Source of the DNA: an uncultured Acidobacteriota bacterium | Lineage (GTDB): Bacteria; Acidobacteriota; UBA6911 | Direction: 5' to 3' | Length of the DNA stretch: 64,000 bases | Assembly: GCA_963827655.1 (NCBI GenBank) | Contig: CAWHCF010000002.1 | Location: forward strand, 1 to 64,000 | Shown: piece by piece, positions 54,276 to 64,000 of the stretch | Layout of the letters: each line of letters starts with the position of its first letter | Position numbering within the stretch: position 1 is the first letter of the stretch | Made by a program: the position numbers and the translations under genes | Notes under the pieces: model-generated | Databases searched by the model: none | What the model was told of the DNA's origin: nothing | Seen by the model: only the letters and a program-made list of their open reading frames with translations

Positions 54276-56209
54276 TAAGTGACTATGTTGTAGTGTTCGA
54301 TGTGCAGGGTCGGGTCGGACTTGACGATGATATCTCTCCGTAGAACGTTCCGGATCTCCTCGATGACTCCCGACTCCGATTCGCGCAGCGCGCGCGCCAC
54401 GTCGGGATGGACACGGATCATCACATCCCCGCGGCCGTCCACGTCGGACCTCATGCGTTCGATCTCGTTATAAATACTGTAGCAAGTAGTAGCCACAGAT
54501 TTCACCAGACCGGATCCGCTGCAGTACTGACATGGCTGGCATAGCATGCGCTCGAGCGACTGCTTGACGCGCTTGCGGGTAATCGCCACCAGGCCGAACT
54601 CGTTGAATTCCAGAACCTTGCTGGGAGCCTTGTCCTTGAGAATCTCCTGGGACAGCGCCTCCATCACGCGTTTCCGATTCTTGCGCTCATCCATGTCAAT
54701 AAAGTCGATGACGATGATGCCGCCCAGATCTCGTAGCCGGACTTGCTTGATGATTTCCTTCACCGCTTCGATGTTGGTCCGAGTAATGGTTTCTTCCAGG
54801 CTGTTTCCCCGACCGACAAACTTACCGGTATTGATATCGATGCTTACCAGAGCTTCAGTCTGATTAATGACAATATAGCCGCCACTCTTCAGCCAGATCT
54901 TCGGTTGGAGGAGCTTGTCAATTTCGGACGTTATTCCATACTGGTCGAAAATGTCATTGTCCTTGGTGTAGAGCTTCACCCGGTGAACCAGGTTGGGATA
55001 GATCTTGTCCACGAACTCGATCACGCGCTGGTATTCCAGCTCGTCGTCGACCCGGATGGCAGCGAACTCAAACGAGAACTGGTCACGCAAAAGCCGCTGA
55101 ACCAGGTTCAGCTCCGAATGTATCAAGGACGGAGCCGAAGCCTTCTCGGTTTTGGACCGAACATCTTCCCAGAGCTTGGCCAGGTAGTTGAGATCGCTGA
55201 CCAGATCCTCCTCAGTCCGCTCCTCGGCCGCTGTACGGACGATGACACCGCCGGTAAAGCGGTCTCTGTGCTTCAAAATGACATCCTTCAGCCGTATCCT
55301 CTCTGCCTCTGAACCGATCTTGCGAGACACCCCGATGTGCTCGACGGTCGGCATGTAGACCAGATACCTGCCGGGCAAAGCGATGTGGCTGGTGACTCGC
55401 GCCCCTTTTTTCGCAATGGGCTCCTTCGCCACCTGAACGAGAATCTCCTGTCCCTCGCGCAGCATGTCGTCGATGGACTGTCGTTCGGGTCGGTTATGAC
55501 GAGCCGCAGTGTAGCGCCTGCGGCGAGCACCGGGTCCGCGCCGACGCCCGTTGAACGATCCTTTGTGGTTACCGTCTACCGCGAAGGGAGCAACTTCCCC
55601 GTCATCGCGAATCGAAGCGCCGGACAGAGGGGGAGGTTCAGCCTCCGCTTGCGACACACTCGCAGGTTGGGTCTCAGCAACCGGGTCAATCGGGGGGGGA
55701 ATCTCGGAAGGGGAATTCATAAACGGTAGCAGCGCGTCGACGGCTGTGCTTCTCTCGGTTTCCGAAGTCAGAGCCCAGCTCTCCGTCGTTCCGCTTTTAT
55801 CCGCGCTGACCTCGGGGACCTGGGGCCCGGCGCGGGGAGAATCGCGGCGCTCGCGGTCACGCCATCGACCGCGCTCCGGTCTGCGCTCGCGGCGTGCCGG
55901 CTTCTCCACCGTTTCGATTTGTGCCATGACCGTGGCCACTTGCTCTTCCGCTTCGGTGAATACCTTGTCATACTCTTCCGTATCCTCGATAAAATCCGAA
56001 ACATACAGAAAAGCGTCTTTCTCCAGACCAATATTCACAAAGGCAGACTGCATCCCGGGAAGAACCTTTGTAACCTTCCCTTTGTAGATGTTTCCCAGAA
56101 TACCCCGACTCCAATTTCGCTCGATGTACAACTCGGCAAGCTGGTCGTCCTCCAGAAGGGCGATCTTGGTTTCGAGCGCCGAGCTGTTGACGATCATTTC
56201 CTTTATCAT
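54275..56209 (-). CDS. Rne/Rng family ribonuclease
   Basis: Motifs GNIYKG, LPGRYLV, DINTG and DFIDM; long insertion in the S1 domain. Confidence 0.95.
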   Translation of the reverse strand: MIKEMIVNSSALETKIALLEDDQLAELYIERNWSRGILGNIYKGKVTKVLPGMQSAFVNIGLEKDAFLYVSDFIEDTEEYDKVFTEAEEQVATVMAQIETVEKPARRERRPERGRWRDRERRDSPRAGPQVPEVSADKSGTTESWALTSETERSTAVDALLPFMNSPSEIPPPIDPVAETQPASVSQAEAEPPPLSGASIRDDGEVAPFAVDGNHKGSFNGRRRGPGARRRRYTAARHNRPERQSIDDMLREGQEILVQVAKEPIAKKGARVTSHIALPGRYLVYMPTVEHIGVSRKIGSEAERIRLKDVILKHRDRFTGGVIVRTAAEERTEEDLVSDLNYLAKLWEDVRSKTEKASAPSLIHSELNLVQRLLRDQFSFEFAAIRVDDELEYQRVIEFVDKIYPNLVHRVKLYTKDNDIFDQYGITSEIDKLLQPKIWLKSGGYIVINQTEALVSIDINTGKFVGRGNSLEETITRTNIEAVKEIIKQVRLRDLGGIIVIDFIDMDERKNRKRVMEALSQEILKDKAPSKVLEFNEFGLVAITRKRVKQSLERMLCQPCQYCSGSGLVKSVATTCYSIYNEIERMRSDVDGRGDVMIRVHPDVARALRESESGVIEEIRNVLRRDIIVKSDPTLHIEHYNIVT

Positions 56210-56949
56210 TAAAGAATCTCCCAGATTTTTTGATTGGAGGGGAAGCGGCAGTCGACGATCGGGAACGACCCTTATCGACCGGTTTGGAAGAACAGCAGGA
56301 GGCGCCCCGACCTGTGCCGGAGCGAGCTTGCTTGCGCCTTGTGATGGCGACTTGACAGGGGGCTCCAGGTTCGTCTCGTCACTATCCGACAAACCTGCAG
56401 AGGTGTCCGTGAGCTTCAGATTCGCGGCGCCGGCACGGCACCGCATGCCTTACGTCTCTTGGTTTTCATGCGGACGCTAGGCTTCCCGTCTCGATGGCAT
56501 CCCAGGACATGTCAATTTCTTGGTCCAGCGGCCTGCCCCTTCACTGTCAAGGCAAGTATGACTCCCGAATAATCAGGGTTTCAGACGCCGTCCGACCCTA
56601 CTTGCCACAATTCCCTCAGTTTTGGCTATAATGCCCCGTTATTTCCGACAGACAATTCGTGGGCGCCCGATTCACTCCTGTCGTGGCGCTAGTTTCTCCG
56701 GCTATGGTCTCAGGCTCCGTCGCGCACCCAAGATCCGGCGGAGGATAGGACAAGCCATTTACTGAACTCGCCTTTCATTCGAGCCTTCAAATTCAAAAGG
56801 AGGCTCATAAATCCAGAATGATAAACGACATAGGGCCCAAAAGCAATCTATTTGAATCTTCGTGTCTTCGTGTCTTTGTGGTTAGAGCTGTCTAACAGAA
56901 TACCACGAAGACCCAAAGACTCGAGGAAACGCCAAGAAACGCCCAGCGC

Positions 56950-58042
56950 TTAGTTGACATAGCGGCGCATCCGGATGTTCATGCAGAGACTCATGGCCAG
57001 GAAGGTGGAAATCAGCGAGGACCCCCCCGCGCTCAACAGGGGGAGCGGTATTCCTGTAATGGGGAGCAATCCTATGACCATTCCGACATTGACCATGACG
57101 TGAAAAAGAAACAGGGCCAGGACTCCCACGACAATCAGCCCCCCAATCTTGTCCTTCGCTTCGCGTGCCGTGCGCAGAAGGCGTATAGAAACGAATAGGA
57201 AAAGGCCCAGAACCGAAATGCTCCCCAGGAACCCCCGCTCCTCGGAAACGACCGCAAAAACAAAATCGGTGTGCCGCGCGGGAAGAAAGCCCAGTTGTCC
57301 CTGAGATCCCTGCTTGAACCCCTTGCCGAGGAATTTGCCGGATCCAATCGCTATCTTCGACTGAATGGTTTGATAACCCAGATGGTGAGGATCGTTGCTC
57401 GGGTTGAATACCGTCTGGATGCGGCCCTCTCTGGTAGTCCTTCAACTTCATCCATCCGAGCGGAGAGCATGCCAGGGCGACCGCCAGGACTACCAGGACG
57501 TGCTTTCGTCTCACGCCGGCAATGAATGAGAGCCCGAAGAAGATCGGAACAAAGGTGACGGCCGTTCCCAAATCGCCCTGCAGCACAACCAGAAGCATCG
57601 GGACCAGAACAATCAGGCCGCCCTTGAGGAGTTCGGAGAGGGTGAGGTGCTCCCGCTCTATTTCCGAATAGTACTTGGCCAGAGCCAGGATCACCAGCAG
57701 CTTAACCAGTTCTGAGGGCTGGAACGACAGCATGCCAAGCGCGATCCACCCCTTTGTGTTGTGAACCGTGCGTCCGATGAACAGAACCGCCGCCAGGAGC
57801 ACCAGCCCGGCCAGATAAAGAAAAGTGATGTGGTCGGCGAAAAAGTGGTAGTCGAGATAGAGCAGACCGAGGTAGAGGGCCAGCGCAAACGCGAGATAGA
57901 TCGCCTGGCGGCCAAAATACGAGTTCAGCCCGGTGCCTTCGGTGCTGCTCCAGATTGTCACAAGACCCGCCCCGGCCAGCGCCAGCAAGGCGAGAAACCA
58001 GAGCCAGTCAAAGGAGTTCAGCGAGCGCCGGGAGAGACTCAA
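56950..58042 (-). CDS. rodA: Rod shape-determining protein RodA; frameshift near 57426
   Basis: QPSE, DLGT, GYQ…IAIGSG, HTDF and GIPLP motifs; ends RRYVN*. There is one extra G. Confidence 0.92.
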
Positions 58043-59892
58043 CGCCGCGCCTCCGCGATCAGGCGGGGCGCCGGCGCCCCTGCATGGAGTTGTAGCTTCC
58101 TCTCAAAGTAGGTACGAAAGATTTCCCGAGCGAGGGGTGCCGCCGCAATTCCTCCTTTCCCGCCATGCTCCAGGAATACTACGACCGCGATTTCAGGAGT
58201 GTCACGGGTCGCGAAACCAACGAACCACGAGTGGTCTTCAAACTGTGGGCCTTCCTTCTGAAGTTCTTTCCTTTTCTCGTTGCCGATCACCTGTACGGTT
58301 CCGGTCTTTCCACAGATATCCAGTCCCGCGATCGCGGCGTTGTGACCCGTCCCCCACCTATTTACACTCCCCCACATTCCCTGCCGGATTCTGTTCGAAG
58401 CCTCGGGAGCAATGGCAAGCTGATGGCTCATCCGGCTCGGGGTCATTTCGGGGGTCAAGCGATCGGCGCGAAACAACAGGTGAGGAGTTGTCAGAAGGCC
58501 GCCTGATGCTATGGCGCTGGCCGCCCGCACAAGCTGCAAGGGTGTAATGGTTACGGCACCCTGCCCGATTGAGACGGAAATCGTCTCGCCGGCGAACCAT
58601 TTGGAACCTCGGACCTGTTGCTTCCATTCCGGCGTGGGAACGAGACCGCTACGCTCGTTCGGCAAGTCAATTCCAGACCGTTCCCCCAGGCCCAGAGAGT
58701 GAGCGTGTCGGGCGATCTTTGAAATCCCCATCTTCCGGCCCAGCTCGTAAAAAAAGACGTTGCACGACCTGCTTATGGCGGTTTCGAGATCGACGGCACC
58801 GTGGCCGTCGTGCACCGAGCAGTGAAAAACGCGATTATAAAGAAAGAGCGACCCGCGGCAAATTACGCGCGTGTCTTCGTCGACCAACGCTTCGGACAGC
58901 CCGGCGAGCGCCATCACAAGCTTGAAGGTGGAGCCTGGCGAGTAGCTGTTCTGAATCGCGCGATTCTGCAGCGGCCGGTTTGGATCGTTGATCAGGACGT
59001 TCCAGTCCTGCTCTGAAATTCGGGTCGAAAAACTGTTGGGATCGAACCAGGGAGCGCTGGCCATAGCGAGGATCTCACCATTGCGGGGATCCATGGCTAT
59101 AATCGTCCCGACTTTGTCTTCCAGGAGGTTCTCGGCCGCGAGCTGTAAATCAAGATCGAGAGTCAGCTGAAGCTCGTCTCCCACAATCGAATCTTCTTCA
59201 CTCAGCAGGCCAACTTCCCGCCCGATACTGTCGACCAGAACCTGCCGCTTGCCATCGATTCCGGTCAAGAACTGGTTATAGAAACGCTCCACGCCCGATT
59301 TGCCTACCAGATCGCCCGCTTTGGCGCTGGAAAACGTCTCGCGTGAAAGCTCATCGTCGGAGACCTCTCCCACGTAGCCCAGTACATGAGCCGCCAGGCT
59401 CCCGTAACGGTATAGTCTGCGGGGCTCGGGACCCAGCTGGATCTCAGGATGATCGCGCTTGTAGGCTTCCACTATGGAGATGTCTTCGATCCCGACGTCC
59501 TCTTTGATGACCACCGGGCGGTACAGTCCCGTACCCTTGTGCCTGCGCAGGCGGGCGGCAAGATCATCCGGACTGACGTGGAGTTTCTCCTCGATAAATC
59601 GGCTGGTGGCCTCGAGGTCCTTCACCGATTCGCGGTACAGGAGAATGTTGAAAGCGGGGCGATTCTCGACCAGCGGGGTGTTGTGACGGTCCGAGATGGT
59701 CCCCCTGGGGGCCACTACCTGTATCGAGCGGACGCGATTCCGTTCGGCCCTTAACGCTAACTCGCTTCCTTGAATGATCTGGAGCTGCCAGAGCCGCGCG
59801 CCCAGGGTCAGGAACGCGAGAACCACGATGACAGAGAGCCAATTCAATCTCTGTTGAATGAGAAGCTTGTTTGGTTCCGGCTGCAGCGACAC
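58039..59892 (-). CDS. mrdA: Penicillin-binding protein 2
   Basis: Motifs STFK, SCN and KTGT; located in the mre operon. Confidence 0.96.
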   Translation of the reverse strand: MSLQPEPNKLLIQQRLNWLSVIVVLAFLTLGARLWQLQIIQGSELALRAERNRVRSIQVVAPRGTISDRHNTPLVENRPAFNILLYRESVKDLEATSRFIEEKLHVSPDDLAARLRRHKGTGLYRPVVIKEDVGIEDISIVEAYKRDHPEIQLGPEPRRLYRYGSLAAHVLGYVGEVSDDELSRETFSSAKAGDLVGKSGVERFYNQFLTGIDGKRQVLVDSIGREVGLLSEEDSIVGDELQLTLDLDLQLAAENLLEDKVGTIIAMDPRNGEILAMASAPWFDPNSFSTRISEQDWNVLINDPNRPLQNRAIQNSYSPGSTFKLVMALAGLSEALVDEDTRVICRGSLFLYNRVFHCSVHDGHGAVDLETAISRSCNVFFYELGRKMGISKIARHAHSLGLGERSGIDLPNERSGLVPTPEWKQQVRGSKWFAGETISVSIGQGAVTITPLQLVRAASAIASGGLLTTPHLLFRADRLTPEMTPSRMSHQLAIAPEASNRIRQGMWGSVNRWGTGHNAAIAGLDICGKTGTVQVIGNEKRKELQKEGPQFEDHSWFVGFATRDTPEIAVVVFLEHGGKGGIAAAPLAREIFRTYFERKLQLHAGAPAPRLIAEARR

Positions 59893-59896
59893 GTTT

Positions 59897-60382
59897 CTAG
59901 CCTGTCCGATTGGCCTGGACCTTGTGGTAACTGTCAAGTAGGGAGAGCATCAAGACTCCCACGACACCGGTAATGATGGACTGAATCAGCGAGGCTTCGA
60001 GGTAAAGCGTGTTGGTAGATCTCTGGAGTAGGATGAACAGCCCGGAGACAGTAACAGAACTCAGGAAACTTGCGGCGCTGATCAGTGCGAAGCGGACGCC
60101 GAAACCATCCAGGTTGAAGCGCTTCGCGGCCTGGCCAATGGCAAACGCCGCCAGCGTCTTGCTGAAGCCGTTATAGCCCAGAGGCCAGCCGAAAGCGGCA
60201 TCCAGGAGAATTCCGGTGAGGGAACCTACGAAAAGAGCCTCGGTCCGGTTGCGATAGAAAGCCCAGTACGCAATCAGAATCAGCGAGAGATCGAGGAAGT
60301 TAAACAGAAAAAAGTTGTTGCCGGCGATCATCTGGGCAACGATCGCCAGGAAAGAGGAAACGGCCAGAAACAGATACTTCAT
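59897..60382 (-). CDS. mreD: Rod shape-determining protein MreD
   Basis: Multi-TM protein with GILLD motif; operon position. Confidence 0.9.
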   Translation of the reverse strand: MKYLFLAVSSFLAIVAQMIAGNNFFLFNFLDLSLILIAYWAFYRNRTEALFVGSLTGILLDAAFGWPLGYNGFSKTLAAFAIGQAAKRFNLDGFGVRFALISAASFLSSVTVSGLFILLQRSTNTLYLEASLIQSIITGVVGVLMLSLLDSYHKVQANRTG

Positions 60383-60425
60383 ATCGTCTACGTGCCGGTT
60401 CAGGGAGTCGCGGTTACCCGGCCCC

Positions 60426-61268
60426 CTACCTGCTCTCGCCTACTGATCCAGTGAGAAGAACCAGAACCTCCTCCAACCTTAGAAGATCGGCAAAAGGCTC
60501 CACTCGGATCACACGAAAAGCCGACTTCCCTCTCTGCGACTGAACCACTCTTCCGATGCGAAGTCCCTTGGGGAAAAGGCCGTCCAGTCCAGAGGTAACC
60601 ACCACGTCGTCAGGCTCGACCTGTTCGGAGTTGCTGATGTAGTCGAGGCTGAGCAAGGGCTGACCGCTCCCAGACAATACACCCGGGGACCGGGTCCGCT
60701 CGACCATGACGCCCAACGAAGCATACGTGTTGGTAATCAATTGGACTTGCGAATTGAAGCGCGATACCAGAATGGTTCGCCCCACGACGGCGGTTGCCGC
60801 GAGCACCGGGGCATTCGCTTTCACCCCGTCGTCGGCGCCCCGATCGATGTACACGATATTGGCCAGGTAGTCAGGAACGCGCCCGACCACGCGCGCCCCC
60901 ACAGTCTCTAGCGGAACCGTCTCCTTGAGGGAGAGAAGCTGACGGAGCCGGACATTCTCCACCTCCATCTGACGGAGTGCGTCTTCGCGAAGAGTGAGCT
61001 GTTCCACGCGTTTTTGCAGCAGATCATTCTGCGTCCGTGCTCCGCGCAGCCCAACGTAGTTCGTCCACGCGTAGGCAACGGCCCGGTGAATACTTGAGGA
61101 TACTTCGAGAAACGGCGCGCTGGCCAGGAGCACCCAGTTTCTGAAGAGAAGGCTGCCGCCCGGGTGCTCCACCTGAAGCGATATCAGGATCAGGTGCAGC
61201 AAGAGTAGGGGAATGACAACGAAGAGCGCGCGCTCTTCCTTCACTTTCCCTGAGAATTCAATTGACAC
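60426..61268 (-). CDS. mreC: Rod shape-determining protein MreC
   Basis: ENVRLRQLL, IDRG and TSGLDGLFPKG motifs. Confidence 0.95.
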   Translation of the reverse strand: MSIEFSGKVKEERALFVVIPLLLLHLILISLQVEHPGGSLLFRNWVLLASAPFLEVSSSIHRAVAYAWTNYVGLRGARTQNDLLQKRVEQLTLREDALRQMEVENVRLRQLLSLKETVPLETVGARVVGRVPDYLANIVYIDRGADDGVKANAPVLAATAVVGRTILVSRFNSQVQLITNTYASLGVMVERTRSPGVLSGSGQPLLSLDYISNSEQVEPDDVVVTSGLDGLFPKGLRIGRVVQSQRGKSAFRVIRVEPFADLLRLEEVLVLLTGSVGESR

Positions 61269-62286
61269 CCATCCTCCGGAGCAATTTGAAGTCCGTCAAC
61301 ATCTTACTTGTCCCTAGCACGACTGAAGAAAGAGGATCCTCGGCAATAAAAACCGGGAGTCCCGTTTCCGAAGCCAGGCGTTTGTCAAACCGTTTCAAAA
61401 GAGCTCCCCCTCCGGTAAGGACAATCCCGCGTTCCATGATGTCGGCCGACAACTCAGGAGGTGTGCGCTCCAAAGCGACTTTGATGGCATTGATGATGAT
61501 CCCGACGCTGTCGCCCAGCGCTTCCCGGATTTCTTCGTCCGTTACCGTGATGGTCTTGGGCACGCCTTCGATCAGATTTCGTCCCTTGATCTCCATCGTC
61601 AGAGGCCGTTCCAGCGGACCGGCCGAGCCCAGTTGGATCTTGATCGTCTCGGCGGTGCGTTCTCCAATAAGCAGATTATGCTTGCGTTTAATGTATTGGC
61701 TGATGGCCTCGTCCATTTCGTTTCCGGCGACCCGCACCGAACGGCTGTAAACAATGCCGGATAGTGAAATGACCGCGATGTCGGTGGTCCCGCCGCCGAT
61801 GTCCACGATCATATTGCCGCAGGCTTCGGTGACCGGAAGTCCGGCGCCCAGCGCGGCAACCATAGCCTGCTCCACCAGGTATACCTCGCTGGCCTTGGCG
61901 CGCAGCGCCGATTCCTGCACGGCCCGCTTTTCCACCTGAGTAATTTCCGAAGGAATCCCGATAACGATACGAGGGCTTATCAAGTGATTGCGGCTGTGTG
62001 CCTGTTTGATGAAATACTTGAGCATCATCTCGGTGACGTCGAAGTCCGCAATCACGCCATCCTTCATCGGCTTTATTGCGACGATGTCTCCTGGGGTGCG
62101 GCCCAGCATCTCCTTTGCCTCACGACCCACGGCAAAGATTCGCTTGCTGGTCTTGTCGATCGCCACGATCGAGGGTTCGTTTACCACGATTCCACGCCCC
62201 TTGGCGTAGATCAAAGTATTCGCGGTTCCCAGGTCAATCGCCAGATCGTTGGAGAAGAACCCAAACACGGATCGTAAATTCATCAT
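61258..62286 (-). CDS. mreB: Rod shape-determining protein MreB
   Basis: Motifs DLGTANT, DIGGGT and LTGGG. Confidence 0.97.
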   Translation of the reverse strand: MMNLRSVFGFFSNDLAIDLGTANTLIYAKGRGIVVNEPSIVAIDKTSKRIFAVGREAKEMLGRTPGDIVAIKPMKDGVIADFDVTEMMLKYFIKQAHSRNHLISPRIVIGIPSEITQVEKRAVQESALRAKASEVYLVEQAMVAALGAGLPVTEACGNMIVDIGGGTTDIAVISLSGIVYSRSVRVAGNEMDEAISQYIKRKHNLLIGERTAETIKIQLGSAGPLERPLTMEIKGRNLIEGVPKTITVTDEEIREALGDSVGIIINAIKVALERTPPELSADIMERGIVLTGGGALLKRFDKRLASETGLPVFIAEDPLSSVVLGTSKMLTDFKLLRRMGVN

Positions 62287-62479
62287 TAGACGGAACCTTG
62301 ACCTCAATCTACCTCTGGCGATCGTTTTGACTCGTCCGGACAGGTCGGTTGTAAACAGAACCCAATGCACCTTGGCGCATGCAAAAGGCTTGGTGAAGTG
62401 CCTGGATCTTCCGCCGCCGGCGATACTTGAAGCTTGGACGTCGCGCGAGTCGACTCCAATCCACTCGGGCCTTGGACGG

Positions 62480-62655
62480 AGTACCAGCGCGGAAGCAGCG
62501 GCGCTTCCCTCCGCCAGGGCTCCACTTACAACAGGCTTAGGTTCCATCTCCTTGCCGGAGCGGGGGATTTCAACAAGGCATAACTGTGGCCGGTTAACAT
62601 CGGACTACATCCCGGAACCTGGCGGTTCAGGGATCCCGGGATTTGCTCCACAGCG
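62480..62655. ncRNA. Candidate structured RNA (6S-like or mreB leader)
   Basis: TCCCT-CCGCCAGGGCTCC (62506-62523) pairs with GGAACCTGGCGG…AGGGA (62614-62633), and alternative local hairpins exist. Boundaries are approximate. Confidence 0.35.
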
Positions 62656-62808
62656 TACGAGTTTCTGGCTACGCGCGCGTTCGGTGGGGGCAGTGGAACA
62701 ATCCGGATCGCACTACCGGATTTCAAGATCCCCATCGGTTCAATGAAAAACGCCACATTATAATACAATCCAGCGCTAAAAAGCTTAAAAATCAGTAAGA
62801 TACTTGTA

Positions 62809-62902
62809 TCATTTGTCATCTGTCATCAGTCATTTGTCATTATTATCATTGACCAGCCTCCAGAAATGACAAATGACCAATGACTGATGACCAATGACCA
62901 AT
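62809..62902. repeat. Inverted heptamer arrays (GTCATTT)n…(AATGACC)n
   Basis: About 5 units on each side, facing each other in the divergent mreB/ppiD region. Confidence 0.88.
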
Positions 62903-62930
62903 TTGAAAATGCCTCCCCGGGTGCTATAAT
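62903..62930 (+). promoter_or_regulatory. Sigma70 promoter of the ppiD-like gene
   Basis: TTGAAA-N16-TATAAT with extended TGn; GGAGG RBS downstream. Confidence 0.7.
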
Positions 62931-62969
62931 TTCGTTTTTTTCCCACCTCGGACGGAGGGATCTTCCCTT

Positions 62970-64000
62970 ATGTATCTGGACCTACTACGCCGCAAGAAGC
63001 GGCTCAAGCTTTTTCTCTGGCTCGTCATTGTCAGCCTCGGCCTGAGCATGCTGCTGTTTTTCGTTCCCGGGCAGGGGGGTGGCGTGGGCGCGTTCGACAG
63101 CGCCGCCGCTACAGTGGATGGCGAAACTATCACGGTTAAAGATTATGTTAATACTTACCGCCGTTTTATCGAGAACTTCAGCGCCGGAGGGAAAAACAAG
63201 CTCGATCGAGAGACGATCAAGACCCTCGGACTGGGACGGCAAGCTCTCGATGCCTTGATCAACGTGAAGGTCGTGAATCTTACGGCGGAGAGGCTCGGCC
63301 TGAGCGTATCGCCGGAAGAGATGCGCCAGGCTGTTGAATCTAATCCCAATTTTCAGGATCGGGGCATATTCATAGGGGTCGAGCGCTACAAGATGTTGCT
63401 CGCGGCAAACCGCCTCAGTGTGCCCGAGTTCGAGGACGGGGTACGTTTTGGAATTCTGTCCAGGAAAATTCGAAACCTGATCTCCGATTCCATGGTAGTG
63501 ACCGAACGCGAGCTTCGAGACGAATTCCTGCGCTCGAGTCAGGAGGCGCAGGTTCGTTTCGTTTTCCTTAACAAAGAGGACTTCAAGAAGCATGTGACGC
63601 CTGACGAGGCTAGCGTGCGCGCCCATTTTGAGGCCAATAAAGACAAGTTCGTCACGAAAGAGCAGCGCAAGGTCCAATACCTGCTGATCCCTATGGCCGC
63701 CTTGGCCGCCACGATAAAACCGACGGAAGACGAAATCCAAGCCGAGTGGAAGCGCCAGGGGCGGGAGGAAAACGTAGAAGCCAGCCATATCCTGTTTAAA
63801 GTAGACGATCCGGCGAAAGAGGGTGAGATCAAAGCGAAAGCTGAAGCTGTATTGAAGCGTGCCAAAGCGGGTGAAGATTTCGCCGAACTCGCCAAGAAGA
63901 ATTCTGAGGATCCCGTCTCAGCAACCCAGGGGGGCAGCCTGGGAACTTTCGGCCGTGGCCGCATGATCAAAGAATTCGAGGACGTGGCTTTCTCCCTTAA
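62970..64000 (+). CDS. ppiD: PpiD/SurA-N peptidyl-prolyl isomerase (partial; missing from the ORF track)
   Basis: MYLDLLRRKKRLKLFLWLVIV TM segment; ASHIL, GEDFAELAKKNSED and GGSLG parvulin motifs. Runs off the window end. Confidence 0.88.
   Translation, partial: MYLDLLRRKKRLKLFLWLVIVSLGLSMLLFFVPGQGGGVGAFDSAAATVDGETITVKDYVNTYRRFIENFSAGGKNKLDRETIKTLGLGRQALDALINVKVVNLTAERLGLSVSPEEMRQAVESNPNFQDRGIFIGVERYKMLLAANRLSVPEFEDGVRFGILSRKIRNLISDSMVVTERELRDEFLRSSQEAQVRFVFLNKEDFKKHVTPDEASVRAHFEANKDKFVTKEQRKVQYLLIPMAALAATIKPTEDEIQAEWKRQGREENVEASHILFKVDDPAKEGEIKAKAEAVLKRAKAGEDFAELAKKNSEDPVSATQGGSLGTFGRGRMIKEFEDVAFSL

Noticed and set aside
61258-62547. N-terminal extensions in the ORF track for mreB, rne, Gfo/Idh/MocA, rsmI, SDR and GT4
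   Set aside because: Family homology starts at downstream start codons, and the extensions translate intergenic or repeat DNA.
62655-62735. Cobalamin-riboswitch-like words (ACTGCCCCC, AGCCAGAAAC) on the minus strand upstream of mreB
   Set aside because: The GGGAA / GCAACTGT core is not recognisable and the downstream genes are unrelated to B12. Kept only as part of the structured-leader finding.

Overview
A 64-kb window of GC-rich bacterial chromosome. Gene content suggests Acidobacteriota (inference). The left ~20 kb is accessory. It holds an integron attC site with degenerate cassette remnants, a plcP / aminotransferase-Mpo1 fusion / PEMT / agt-like lipid cluster bracketed by Pho-box-like repeats, vapBC, a signal-peptide AarF kinase, hydrolases and tRNA-Ser(TGA). 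The middle holds a TMTC-like protein, an ABC transporter, two tandem radical SAM paralogs, wecB, ABC-F, a sulfatase, a ~1400-aa heme-c / QW-barrel / HEAT protein, queC and a heme-c-fused copper monooxygenase. The right part is core genome: glnS, gltX, tRNA-Ser(GCT), pdxJ, rsmI, gatCA, ribF, mazG, rne/rng, mreBCD-mrdA-rodA and a partial ppiD. Intergenic DNA contains a ~22-copy repeat family with 9-nt periodicity, several heptamer tandem arrays and one MITE. At least seven genes, including rodA, are split by small indels, often in homopolymers, which are most likely long-read errors. The best candidate for an undescribed system is the phosphate-starvation lipid-remodelling cluster at 2.9-8.2 kb.
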